In this document: positions 32,829 to 42,353 of the stretch, piece by piece
Position numbering within the stretch: the first letter of the stretch is position 1
Layout: every line of letters starts with the position of its first letter
From: an uncultured Eubacteriales bacterium
GTDB lineage: Bacteria > Bacillota_I > Bacilli_A > RFN20 > UBA1709
Assembly (NCBI GenBank): GCA_964367975.1
Contig: CAYIYS010000001.1
Location: 1-42,609 of the forward strand
Length of the DNA: 42,609 nt
Reading direction: 5' to 3'
The notes under the pieces: model-generated
What the model saw: only the letters and a program-made list of their open reading frames with translations
Database searches by the model: none
Told to the model about the DNA's origin: nothing
Program-made: the position numbers and the translations under genes

Positions 32829-33551
32829 ATGGGAAGATTAGATGGAAAAGTTGCAGTTATTACTGGAGGTGCGAAAGGGTTAGGCCAAGCTATGGCAGAA
32901 CTTTTTGCAACTGAAGGTGCTCAAGTTATTGCGTGTGATATGGTGCCTTTAACCTATGAGCATAAGGGTGTGGAAGGTTATAAATTAAATGTAACCAATA
33001 GCGAAGATTGCCAAGCGTTCTTTAATTATGCAGTGGCTAAATATCATCATATTGATATTTTGGTCAACAATGCTGGTATTACCCGTGATGCCTTAACTCA
33101 TAAGATGAGTGATGAAATGTGGCAAATTGTAATTGATGTTAACCTCAAAGGTCCATTCAATATGGCCAGACTATTTGGTCCTCATATGATGGAATTAGGG
33201 GCCGGATCGATCATCTCTATTTCCAGCGTTGTTGGAGAATATGGCAATGTTGGTCAAGCAAATTATGCTGCCACCAAATCTGGTTTGTTTGCTATGTCTA
33301 AATCTTGGGCTAAAGAATTTGCTCGTAAAGGTGCTGCCGTTCGTGTTAATACGCTAGCGCCTGGATATACCATGACTGATATCTTAAAAACGGTTCCAGA
33401 AGAACTACTAAAGAAGTTTGCAAGTCAAACAATGTTAGGTAGATTAGGACAACCAATTGAGATTGCCAAAGCCGCTTTGTTCTTAGCAAGTGATGATTCT
33501 TGCTATGTGACAGGAACTAATTTAAGTGTCAATGGTGGTATGAGATTATAA
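32829..33551 (+). CDS. short-chain dehydrogenase/reductase (FabG-like 3-oxoacyl reductase)
   Basis: TGGAKGLG, NNAG and S...YxxxK (YAATK) motifs. The ATG at 32829 lies 7 nt after GGAGGA. The ORF-track ATG at 32814 overlaps that RBS. Confidence 0.85.
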   Translation: MGRLDGKVAVITGGAKGLGQAMAELFATEGAQVIACDMVPLTYEHKGVEGYKLNVTNSEDCQAFFNYAVAKYHHIDILVNNAGITRDALTHKMSDEMWQIVIDVNLKGPFNMARLFGPHMMELGAGSIISISSVVGEYGNVGQANYAATKSGLFAMSKSWAKEFARKGAAVRVNTLAPGYTMTDILKTVPEELLKKFASQTMLGRLGQPIEIAKAALFLASDDSCYVTGTNLSVNGGMRL

Positions 33552-33573
33552 TTGCTCAGAAAGGATGAAGTAA

Positions 33574-34605
33574 ATGGAAAAGAAAGTAAATGTCGGAATT
33601 GTTGGTACGGGCATCTATCTTCCCAAAAACATTATGACAGCTAAAGAAATTTCTGAAGCGACTGGTGGAGTATGGTCTGAAGATGCAGTAATTAACAAAT
33701 TAGGGATTAAACAAAAGTATGTCCCAAGCAAAGAAGAATGCGATGGAACTCAAGAAATGGGTGCCTTAGCAGCGCTTGATTGTTTAAAGAATACTGGAGT
33801 TGATCCAAAAAGTATCGATGTTGTTTTGTGTATTGGCGAAGAGTGGAAGGAATATCCTTTAACTACATCAGCAGTTTATATCCAAGGAAGAATTGGTGCT
33901 GATAATGCTTGGGGTATTGATGTCCAAAATCGCTGCTGTACTTGTGTTTCAGCGATGGAAATTGCTCGCGATATGTTGATTGCGGATGATACAATTAATA
34001 CAATTATGGTTGTCGGTGGTTATCGTAATGGTGATTTCATCGATTACAAAGATAATGCTGTTTCGATGATGTTCAATCTTGGAGCCGGTGGCGGAGCCCT
34101 CATTCTTAAGAAGAATTATAATAAGAATTTATTATTGGCCTCGCACATTATCGCTGATGGCTCACTAGCTAGAACAGCTGGTGTGGAAATTGGTGGTATC
34201 GCTCATCCTTATACGAAAGACAACTTGCAAGAAGCCATGAAATCGCTAAGGTTAATGGATCCTATCAAGATGAAAAATAGACTAAATGAAGTGTCAATGC
34301 CAAATTGGTATAAGTGCATCGACAAGTCATTTGAAAAAGCTGGACTAGCCAAACATATTGATTATTTGGCAGTTTTGCATATGAAGAAATCGGGACACCT
34401 AGGCATGTTAAAGGATTTAGGTTTAAATGAAAATCAATCCATTTATTTAACAGAGTATGGACACGTTGGTCAAATTGACCAAATCTTATCATTACATTTA
34501 GCCCTTCAAAGGGGTTTAGTAAAAGACGGTTCCATAGTATGTATGGTTGCTGCGGGTATAGGTTATGTTTGGTCTGCTAATGTTATTAAATGGGGTGATA
34601 ACTAA
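33574..34605 (+). CDS. KASIII (FabH)-like thiolase-superfamily enzyme with an atypical active-site pattern
   Basis: 343 aa with a FabH-like N-terminus (GIVGTGIYLP). Cys lies in NRCCTCVS and His in VLHMKK, but EYGHVGQ replaces the FabH GNTSAAS block. Confidence 0.7.
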   Translation: MEKKVNVGIVGTGIYLPKNIMTAKEISEATGGVWSEDAVINKLGIKQKYVPSKEECDGTQEMGALAALDCLKNTGVDPKSIDVVLCIGEEWKEYPLTTSAVYIQGRIGADNAWGIDVQNRCCTCVSAMEIARDMLIADDTINTIMVVGGYRNGDFIDYKDNAVSMMFNLGAGGGALILKKNYNKNLLLASHIIADGSLARTAGVEIGGIAHPYTKDNLQEAMKSLRLMDPIKMKNRLNEVSMPNWYKCIDKSFEKAGLAKHIDYLAVLHMKKSGHLGMLKDLGLNENQSIYLTEYGHVGQIDQILSLHLALQRGLVKDGSIVCMVAAGIGYVWSANVIKWGDN

Positions 34606-35489
34606 TGGCGACTGTTATTCAAATTCTTTTGAATAGTTTGCAATTTATTAGTATTATTTCTCTTGCGACAATGGGGATTGTTTTAATCTTTAAAACTTCC
34701 ACAACGACAAATTTTGCGCAAGGAATGATTGCAACAACAGGAGCCTTTATAACCACACTCCTCTTTGCCAAAGGGGGAGCGACAATTTGGCTGGGATTGC
34801 CAGTCTCAATTATTGCGATGTTTTTGATCGGGATTCTGATTGATGTCTTTATCATCAGGAAAGCTAAACTGGTGACTCCGGTTGGAAAACAAATGATTAC
34901 TATGGGTTTAGTGCTAGTGTTTTCTGGCTTAATCCCAATGGTCTTTGGCAAGGTTGTTTATGCTGCACCACGGTTTACCAATAAAATAATTCAATTTGCC
35001 TTGTTTGGTACTGATTTTTCTTTATCCGGTCACGTTTTGATTGGGTTTGGTATTACCGTCGCTGTTTTAACAACTATTTTCTTAGCCTTAAAGTTTACCA
35101 AATGGGGCTTAGGAGTAAGGGCTACTGCTTCCAATGAAAATGTGGCCAGTATGATGGGAGTCAACACTCACTTAATTACTGCACTTAGTTGGGGTATTGC
35201 TGGCGCTTTAGGTTCTATTGCCGCTATTATTTATGCTCCTTTAACTCAAGTCATTCCAACTATGATGGTTTCTACCCAAGTCAATGGCTTTGTTGCTTGT
35301 ATTTTGGGAGGCTTCTCAACTTTCTATGGTCCAATTGTAGGGGCCGTTATCTTACCGGTGGCGAGTAACATTGCTGCTTACATTTTTGGCGGAGTCTGGA
35401 AAGAAATCGTTGTTTATACTATCGTATTAATCATTGTTTTGATTAAGCCAACCGGCTTATTCGGTAAAAAAATGATAAAGAAGGTGTAA
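34605..35489 (+). CDS. branched-chain-amino-acid-type (HAAT) ABC permease, LivH-like
   Basis: 294 aa, polytopic. TAATG overlap with the upstream stop. Confidence 0.8.
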   Translation: MATVIQILLNSLQFISIISLATMGIVLIFKTSTTTNFAQGMIATTGAFITTLLFAKGGATIWLGLPVSIIAMFLIGILIDVFIIRKAKLVTPVGKQMITMGLVLVFSGLIPMVFGKVVYAAPRFTNKIIQFALFGTDFSLSGHVLIGFGITVAVLTTIFLALKFTKWGLGVRATASNENVASMMGVNTHLITALSWGIAGALGSIAAIIYAPLTQVIPTMMVSTQVNGFVACILGGFSTFYGPIVGAVILPVASNIAAYIFGGVWKEIVVYTIVLIIVLIKPTGLFGKKMIKKV

Positions 35490-35492
35490 TGT

Positions 35493-36560
35493 ATGAAGAA
35501 TTTTTGGATAAAAACTAAAAAAGTTTTAACATCACCTTCAATGGCATTTGTGGCTTTCGGGGTTATCTTATTTGCTTTAGTTTTAATGTATTCTGGTGAA
35601 TTGTTTCCGGAAGTATTAGGAATCTCAACCATGCGAACAATCGGTAAGACGCTGATTTATTGTATCGCCGCTTTGGGGTTTACCCTTTTGCTGGGATATG
35701 CCGGGCTGGCTTCACTTGGAACCGCTGGCTTTATTGCCATCGGAATATATCTGACGCAGTGGTTATGTCTCTCGCTGGGACTTAACTTATTAATCGCTAT
35801 TCCAATTTGTTTATTAGTTGCGGTGGTCTTAGGAACTATTGTTGGTTTCATATCACTGAGAATTGAAGGTATGTACTTAGCTATTATTACTTTGTGCGTA
35901 TCAGCAATTGTTATCGAGGTTATCAAGATTATTTGGGGTTTAGATGCGATGCCTCTAGATTACTTCCAATTCTTGAAACCATTAGGAATTGAGTTAACTC
36001 GAGTTCCTTATTTCGTTGTAGTATTCGCGCTCATAATTATTGTCTTTGTGGTAGTGGCTATCTTAATTAGAAACATTACCAAGAGTCAAACTGGACGTGC
36101 AATGCTAGCTATGAAGAACAGCGAGTCTGCAGCTAAAGCTATGGGCGCTAGTGTGCTGAAGTATCGTCTCTTTGCTTTTATCGTTGCAACTTGCTGTGCG
36201 GTCCTAGCTGGATCATTGTTTGCGGTCTTTATTAGAGCTGCTGATTATAGTAACTGGGGCTTAAATTTCTCTCTCGAGTTATTAGCTGCTGTTATCGTGG
36301 GTGGCGCTTCTTCCTTATGGGGAGTTGTGGCTGGCTGTTTTGTCATCTTTGGTATCGATGGACTTCTTTTACAAAAGATTACCTTCTTTATTCAAAACCC
36401 AAACTTTAAATACTTACTAAATGGAGCATTAATTATTTTAGTCGTAATGTTCTATCCTGGCGGAATTACCCAACTTGTTTATCAAATAAAAGCCAAAATT
36501 AAACAAGCAAAAGCTAAATGTTTAGCAGGTAAGGAGGTAGAGAAACATGAAAAACCTTAA
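35493..36560 (+). CDS. HAAT ABC permease, LivM-like
   Basis: 355 aa, polytopic, with the typical LivM GYAGLASLG motif. Confidence 0.8.
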   Translation: MKNFWIKTKKVLTSPSMAFVAFGVILFALVLMYSGELFPEVLGISTMRTIGKTLIYCIAALGFTLLLGYAGLASLGTAGFIAIGIYLTQWLCLSLGLNLLIAIPICLLVAVVLGTIVGFISLRIEGMYLAIITLCVSAIVIEVIKIIWGLDAMPLDYFQFLKPLGIELTRVPYFVVVFALIIIVFVVVAILIRNITKSQTGRAMLAMKNSESAAKAMGASVLKYRLFAFIVATCCAVLAGSLFAVFIRAADYSNWGLNFSLELLAAVIVGGASSLWGVVAGCFVIFGIDGLLLQKITFFIQNPNFKYLLNGALIILVVMFYPGGITQLVYQIKAKIKQAKAKCLAGKEVEKHEKP

Positions 36561-37539
36561 AGATATTTATCTCAATAAAATGATTGAGAGAGAAGACGAT
36601 AAGGTTCATGCCCTCAATCACCTAAACACTAGAATGGCTTATCAACCTAATAGTGAAGCCAAGATTAAAGAGAATAACGCTAAAATTAAAACTGCCTCTA
36701 CTAAGATAGTTAAATATCGTCAACAACTATCGGCTTCAGCTAAAATTGAAAATTTACCTAAAGATGTCCTTCTACGGGTTGATCATCTAACAATGCAATT
36801 TGGCGGACTTAAAGCTGTCGATGATTTATCATTTGAAGTGTTAGAGGGGGAGATCTTTGGTCTGATTGGTCCAAATGGGGCTGGTAAAACCACAGTCTTC
36901 AACTGCATCACTCAATTCTATAAACCAACTAAAGGTACAATTACCTTTAAAGACGCAAAAGGTGATACCTTAAGACTTAATGATTACAAAGTCCAAAATG
37001 TTATTAAACAAGGAATCTCAAGAACTTTCCAAAATGTCGAATTAATTTCGGCGCTAACTGTCTTAGAAAATATGTTAGTGGGGGCCCACTCCCAATACCA
37101 TAAGGGTCTATTCGCTCATTTCTTCAAAACCAAAGGTTATGTCAAGGAAGACAACTATCTAAGAGAAAAAGCTCTCAAAGTGCTTGAATATATGGGATTA
37201 GCGGCGATTAAAGATGTCTATGTTATTGGACTGCCATATGGAATCATGAAGAAGATTGAATTGGCTAGAACCTTAATGAGTGACCCAAAACTCATTATTC
37301 TGGATGAACCAGCGGCTGGTCTGAATGATTTAGAAACAGCTGAATTAGCCAAACAAATTAAACAGATTCAAAAAGACTTTCAAGTCACCATCTTCCTAGT
37401 TGAACATGATATGGATCTGGTTATGGGCATTTGTGATCATATTTGTGCAATTTCCTTTGGTAAGAAATTAGCCATCGGAACTCCAGAAGTTATCCAAAGC
37501 AATCAACTTGTCAAAGAAGCTTACTTAGGAGGTGATTAA
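36547..37539 (+). CDS. HAAT ABC ATP-binding protein, LivG-like, with an N-terminal extension of about 75 aa
   Basis: Walker A GPNGAGKTT, the FGGL.AV motif and Walker B ILDEPAAG. AGGAGG lies 9 nt before the ATG at 36547. Confidence 0.8.
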   Translation: MKNLKDIYLNKMIEREDDKVHALNHLNTRMAYQPNSEAKIKENNAKIKTASTKIVKYRQQLSASAKIENLPKDVLLRVDHLTMQFGGLKAVDDLSFEVLEGEIFGLIGPNGAGKTTVFNCITQFYKPTKGTITFKDAKGDTLRLNDYKVQNVIKQGISRTFQNVELISALTVLENMLVGAHSQYHKGLFAHFFKTKGYVKEDNYLREKALKVLEYMGLAAIKDVYVIGLPYGIMKKIELARTLMSDPKLIILDEPAAGLNDLETAELAKQIKQIQKDFQVTIFLVEHDMDLVMGICDHICAISFGKKLAIGTPEVIQSNQLVKEAYLGGD

Positions 37540-37541
37540 GG

Positions 37542-38261
37542 ATGGCACTGATATTAGAAATTAAAGATTTAGTAGTAGCATATGGTGCTATTCAAGCCAT
37601 CAAAGGCATTAACCTTAATGTTGAGCAAGGTAATATTGTCGCCATCTTAGGCGCCAATGGAGCTGGTAAATCCACCATCTTAAAGACAATCTCGGGAATG
37701 ATTAAACCTAAAGCGGGCAAAATCATATTTCGCGGTCAAGAGATTCAAGGACAATTGCCACACCATATCGCTGCTAAAGGGATTATTCAATCACCAGAAG
37801 GCAGATTGATTTTAATGGGATTGACTGTTGAAGAAAATTTAATGGTTGGTGCCTATACTGTCAAAGCGAAAGCTGAAAAAAAACAAAACTTAGATCGCGT
37901 CTATGGTTACTTTCCAATTCTGAAGGAAAGGGCCAAACAACAAGCTGCCACTTTATCTGGTGGTGAGCAACAAATGTTAGCAATTGGTAGAGCCTTAATG
38001 GCTTCTCCCAAGATACTAATCTTAGATGAACCTTCATTAGGTCTCGCTCCGTTAATTGTTCAGGAGATCTTCGAGATCGTTAATCAAATAAAAAAAGAAG
38101 GGACTACGATACTAATAGTCGAACAAAACGCATATCAAACACTTAAGATCGCCGATTATGCCTATGTCATGAATCTTGGAAAGGTCCAAGTAGAAGGCAA
38201 CGGAAAAGACTTACTAAAGGATAATAGTTTGATATCAGCCTACTTAGGCGAACACAAATAA
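37542..38261 (+). CDS. HAAT ABC ATP-binding protein, LivF-like
   Basis: GANGAGKST, LSGGEQQML and ILDEPSLGL motifs. Confidence 0.85.
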   Translation: MALILEIKDLVVAYGAIQAIKGINLNVEQGNIVAILGANGAGKSTILKTISGMIKPKAGKIIFRGQEIQGQLPHHIAAKGIIQSPEGRLILMGLTVEENLMVGAYTVKAKAEKKQNLDRVYGYFPILKERAKQQAATLSGGEQQMLAIGRALMASPKILILDEPSLGLAPLIVQEIFEIVNQIKKEGTTILIVEQNAYQTLKIADYAYVMNLGKVQVEGNGKDLLKDNSLISAYLGEHK

Positions 38262-39559
38262 TGGAAAGGAAAAGAAAAATTATGAAAAAAGCACTATTAT
38301 TTACAACTCTAGCAGCCATGACGTTAAGTTTAGTCGCTTGTGGCCCAAAAGAAACAGTCACAACTGCACAAGGAGTTACCGACACTAAGATTGTTGTAGG
38401 TAACACAGCTACTGAAGGGGGAGCATGGGCCTTTGTCGGTCACCCATTCAATGCAGGAATTCGCGCTTATTTTGAAGCAGTTAATGAAGCCGGGGGAATC
38501 GGCGGAAGAACAATTGAATTAATCAATCGTGACGATGGCTTTAATGGCGCAACCGGACTTGCCAACACCGAACAATTAGTTGAAGAAGACAAGATCTTTG
38601 CACTTGTTGGACACTTCGGAACACCCACTATTGCAGCTACTATGAACTATATGAAAGAAGTCAAAATACCAATGGTTTATGCCGCTTCTGGTGAAAACTC
38701 ACTCTATACTCAAAAAGAAGTGGGCGGCAACGTTATGCCAGTTCAACCTATTTATAAGACCGAAGGTAGATTGCTTCTAGCCAGAGTCTTTGCCGAAAAA
38801 GATTTATTTGGAACAGTCAATAAAGTTGGTGTCATCTATACCAATGCTAACGATGGCAACTCCATCAAAGCCGGTATTGAAGAACAAGCCACTTTAATGA
38901 AGTACACTGATAAAGTCATTTACGAAACAGTTTCTGGTGATGACTATTCGACTGCCGTTCAAAAGATGAAAGCTGCTGGTGTGGGTGCCGTTATTGTGGC
39001 CTCAAACCAAGCTCCATTCTTAGGAGTTTATTCAGCCATGAACGCCCAAAGTTTCAACGTTCCAGTCTTTACATCTTACGTCAACGCTGATGCTACTGCC
39101 GTTCCAGCCGCCGATTACAATCCTGATCGTCCAATTTATTGCAATGCTTGGGTTGACATTTTCTCTGCAAAGGGTCAAGAAGGCACTGGTAAATTTATCG
39201 CAGATATAACAGCATTCTCTGGTTTAACTGATGAATTGAAAACTGCTTATGTCGCTAACTCATATGCCATTGCTGGTTATATTGCTGCTCACGTCTTCTG
39301 TGAAGGCTTAAGGGCAGTTGAAACTAAAACTGGCGATGCTAAAATTTTAAACTGGGCTAATTACATCTCAGCAATGGAAGGGCTAGGAGAAATTGATATT
39401 CCAATGGGTGGAACAGTTGACTTCTCAGAAGGAAAACGTTGGGGTATTGACTCAATGTCAGTTCTTAAATATGCTCCAGCCGCTGGTGAAACAGCCGCTA
39501 CATTTGCTAAAGTAAAAGAAATCGAAACTTTGACACAAGTCCAAGATAAGATTAAATAA
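38261..39559 (+). CDS. HAAT-family (LivK-like) substrate-binding lipoprotein
   Basis: Lipobox LVAC and a type I PBP pattern. TAATG coupling to the livF-like gene. An alternative start is the ATG at 38282. Confidence 0.8.
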   Translation: MERKRKIMKKALLFTTLAAMTLSLVACGPKETVTTAQGVTDTKIVVGNTATEGGAWAFVGHPFNAGIRAYFEAVNEAGGIGGRTIELINRDDGFNGATGLANTEQLVEEDKIFALVGHFGTPTIAATMNYMKEVKIPMVYAASGENSLYTQKEVGGNVMPVQPIYKTEGRLLLARVFAEKDLFGTVNKVGVIYTNANDGNSIKAGIEEQATLMKYTDKVIYETVSGDDYSTAVQKMKAAGVGAVIVASNQAPFLGVYSAMNAQSFNVPVFTSYVNADATAVPAADYNPDRPIYCNAWVDIFSAKGQEGTGKFIADITAFSGLTDELKTAYVANSYAIAGYIAAHVFCEGLRAVETKTGDAKILNWANYISAMEGLGEIDIPMGGTVDFSEGKRWGIDSMSVLKYAPAAGETAATFAKVKEIETLTQVQDKIK

Positions 39560-39608
39560 CAACTTGTTTATACGTTACTTAGATATTACTATTTACTAGA
39601 CAATATAT

Positions 39609-39634
39609 GGGAGAGAGGAATTATCCTCTTTCCC
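39609..39634 (+). other. 11-bp stem-loop after the binding-protein gene (intra-operon attenuator or stabiliser)
   Basis: GGGAGAGAGGA-AUUA-UCCUCUUUCCC. No immediate U-run follows. Confidence 0.5.
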
Positions 39635-39668
39635 CATGTATATAAATTTTTAGAGGGAAGGTAAAATT

Positions 39669-40997
39669 ATGAACAATTATCAAGATAAGATTATTACGGT
39701 CGATCAAGCCTTAGATATGGTTAAGTCTAATATGCATATATTTACAGGTTTAGGGGGTTCAGAAGCACAAGAATTCATGAACAAACTACACACTATTAAA
39801 GATAGAGTGAAAAATGTTCACGTAACTAATTGCTTGCCTTTAAGTAGTTGTGAATATATTAATTATCCAGAAAGTTTTTGCGCCGATTCGTGGTTTTATA
39901 CTCCACTTTATCGCAAAGTTCACAAACAAGGTAATGTTTCTTTTATTCCTAATCATTTGCACTTTGCTGGTGATCGACGTTTAGAACATGTTAAACCAGA
40001 TATTTATATTGGAGTAGCAACTCCTCCAGATAAACATGGTTATATTTCCTTATCATTAGGAAATACTTATGAGAAGAAATCAATTAGAAATGCAAAAATT
40101 GCAATTCTTGAAATAAATCCAAATTATCCAAGAACTTTTGGTGATGTGGAAATTCACGTTAGTGAGATAGATTATTTAATACCAGTCAATTATCCAGTTC
40201 CCGAATTGCCAGATGTGCCATTTACTGACAAAGATAAAAAAATTGGCGATTTCATTGCTGAAATGATCAATGATGGCGATTGTATTCAACTCGGAATTGG
40301 GGGAATTCCTAATGCGGTTGCTTCAGCCTTAAAAGGTAAGAAGCATTTAGGTATTCACACCGAAATGATGACCAGTGGCATGGCCGAATTGATGGAGTTA
40401 GGTGTTATTGATAATTCAAAAAAGAATCTTAACAATGGTAGATTAGTGACAACCTTTATTCTTGGAAACAAGAAATTGTATGATCTAGTCGATGACAATC
40501 CAGCCATCATGGTGATGGATGGTGCTTATGTCAATAACCCACAAATTATTTGCCAAAATGATCATCAAATTTCGATTAATACTACCGTTGAAGTTGATTT
40601 AACTGGTCAATGCTGTTCAGAATCAATTGGTTCATTACAAATCAGTGGTTCCGGTGGACAAGCAGATACAGCTATTGGTGCCCGAAATTCAAAAGGTGGC
40701 AAATCAATTATTGCTCTTTATTCAACAGCTATGGTTAAAAATCCTGCAACTGGAGAAAAAGAAGAAGTATCTAAGATTGTTGCTCAATTAAAACAAGGCG
40801 CTATCGTTACCCTCCAAAGACAAGATGTCGATTATGTGGTAACCGAATATGGTGCGGTTAACTTAACTGGTACCACTGTTCAAGAAAGAGTAGAGAAACT
40901 AATCTCAATTGCTCACCCTAAATTTAGAGAGCAATTGTATCAAGAAGCGTTAGCGTGTGGAGTTATTGGTGATTATCGGAAACTAGGTGGCCAATAG
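39669..40997 (+). CDS. acetyl-CoA hydrolase/transferase-family CoA-transferase (4-hydroxybutyrate/butyryl-CoA:acetate type)
   Basis: 442 aa with GIGGIPNAV, HTEMM and SGSGGQ.D motifs. Confidence 0.8.
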   Translation: MNNYQDKIITVDQALDMVKSNMHIFTGLGGSEAQEFMNKLHTIKDRVKNVHVTNCLPLSSCEYINYPESFCADSWFYTPLYRKVHKQGNVSFIPNHLHFAGDRRLEHVKPDIYIGVATPPDKHGYISLSLGNTYEKKSIRNAKIAILEINPNYPRTFGDVEIHVSEIDYLIPVNYPVPELPDVPFTDKDKKIGDFIAEMINDGDCIQLGIGGIPNAVASALKGKKHLGIHTEMMTSGMAELMELGVIDNSKKNLNNGRLVTTFILGNKKLYDLVDDNPAIMVMDGAYVNNPQIICQNDHQISINTTVEVDLTGQCCSESIGSLQISGSGGQADTAIGARNSKGGKSIIALYSTAMVKNPATGEKEEVSKIVAQLKQGAIVTLQRQDVDYVVTEYGAVNLTGTTVQERVEKLISIAHPKFREQLYQEALACGVIGDYRKLGGQ

Positions 40998-40999
40998 TT

Positions 41000-41821
41000 A
41001 TGAGTAGTTTCAAATTTAAAAATTATGATATTTGTTATGACGTTCAAGGAGTTGGAAAACCAATTCTTATCCTCAATGGAATAATGATGAATATCCATAG
41101 TTGGGATGCTTTATTAGCCCAATTAAAGGGTAACAACACCATTGTTCGCTTAGATATGCTAGATCAAGGTCTATCCTCCAAGATGGTTAATATTGAGTAT
41201 ACATTAGCTGATCAAGTCTTATTAATCAAAGCCTTATTGGATGAACTTCATCTCGATAAAATTAGTATCGTTGGGGTTTCATATGGGGGCGAAGTTGCGA
41301 TGCATTTTGCTGCCGAGTATCCATGTATGGTCGAGCGCTTAGTTTTAGCTAATACAGCTGCTTATACATCGCCTTGGCTGGTTGATATCGGCAAGGCTTG
41401 GAATATGGCGGCCGAAACAGGCAATGGAGAGGCATATTATTATACTAGCATTCCGGTTATTTATAGCCCGAAGTTTTATGAAGAGAAGTTAGACTGGATG
41501 AGAAATAGAGAAAAAATTCTATTCCCAGTATTTGGGAACAAGGATTTCACTGCAGCGATGATTCGGCTTACTAATAGTGCAAACAATCACAACGTGCTCG
41601 ATAAGTTAGCACATATTAGTGCGCCAACTCTAATCATTGGAGCTGACCAAGATTACCTCACACCTTTCCCCCAACAAGAATTACTTAACTCAAAAATTAA
41701 GGATTCCAAGTTGGTAAAAATAAGTAATTGCGGTCATGCTTCAATGTATGAACAACCTTTGATTTTTACCTCATTAGCGTTAGGTTTTATTAACATTAAT
41801 GACGTCAATTTCAAAATTTAA
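41000..41821 (+). CDS. alpha/beta-fold hydrolase
   Basis: Nucleophile elbow GVSYGG and the C-terminal CGH catalytic His region. Confidence 0.75.
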   Translation: MSSFKFKNYDICYDVQGVGKPILILNGIMMNIHSWDALLAQLKGNNTIVRLDMLDQGLSSKMVNIEYTLADQVLLIKALLDELHLDKISIVGVSYGGEVAMHFAAEYPCMVERLVLANTAAYTSPWLVDIGKAWNMAAETGNGEAYYYTSIPVIYSPKFYEEKLDWMRNREKILFPVFGNKDFTAAMIRLTNSANNHNVLDKLAHISAPTLIIGADQDYLTPFPQQELLNSKIKDSKLVKISNCGHASMYEQPLIFTSLALGFININDVNFKI

Positions 41822-41846
41822 TATCGCTCATAGATAAAAATTAGAT

Positions 41847-41897
41847 GCACAATAAAGACATTTTTCTTATTAAACAAAAGAGAGTGTCTTTATGTGC
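41847..41897 (+). other. 13-14-bp inverted repeat with a 24-nt loop between the hydrolase and MaoC genes
   Basis: GCACAATAAAGACA ... TGTCTTTATGTGC. No U-run follows. Confidence 0.4.
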
Positions 41898-41924
41898 GAC
41901 AAAAGCTAGAAAGGAAGAATTAAA

Positions 41925-42329
41925 ATGGAATTAAAAATTGGTAGTAAAGGTAGTTTAACAAAAACAGTTTTAGATGAAGATGTGCGCAAATTTTCCGAGG
42001 TGTCACTGGATACAAATCCACTCCACCTTGATGAAGAGTTTGCTAAAACCACCATCTTTGGTAAAAGAATAGCCCATGGCATGATTTCGGCCGGCTTAAT
42101 TAGTGCAGTTTTAGCTAATAAGTGCCCCGGTCAAGGTAGTATTTATCTTGAACAAACATTATCCTTCAAGGCACCAGTATTTTTAAATGATACTATTACC
42201 GCAACAGTCGAAATTGTTGCAGAAGGTAGTAAAGTTGAAAAAGGTATTTATCGCTTGTTGACTAATGTTGTCAATCAAGAGGGAAAACTTGTAACGACAG
42301 GTTATGCTACTATTATGAAAAAGAAATAA
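41925..42329 (+). CDS. MaoC-like (R)-specific enoyl-CoA hydratase (hot-dog fold)
   Basis: The hydratase motif SLDTNPLHLDEEFA....FGKRIAHG. 134 aa. Confidence 0.85.
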   Translation: MELKIGSKGSLTKTVLDEDVRKFSEVSLDTNPLHLDEEFAKTTIFGKRIAHGMISAGLISAVLANKCPGQGSIYLEQTLSFKAPVFLNDTITATVEIVAEGSKVEKGIYRLLTNVVNQEGKLVTTGYATIMKKK

Positions 42330-42353
42330 GGAGGATTAAGTAGGGGATTTGAA

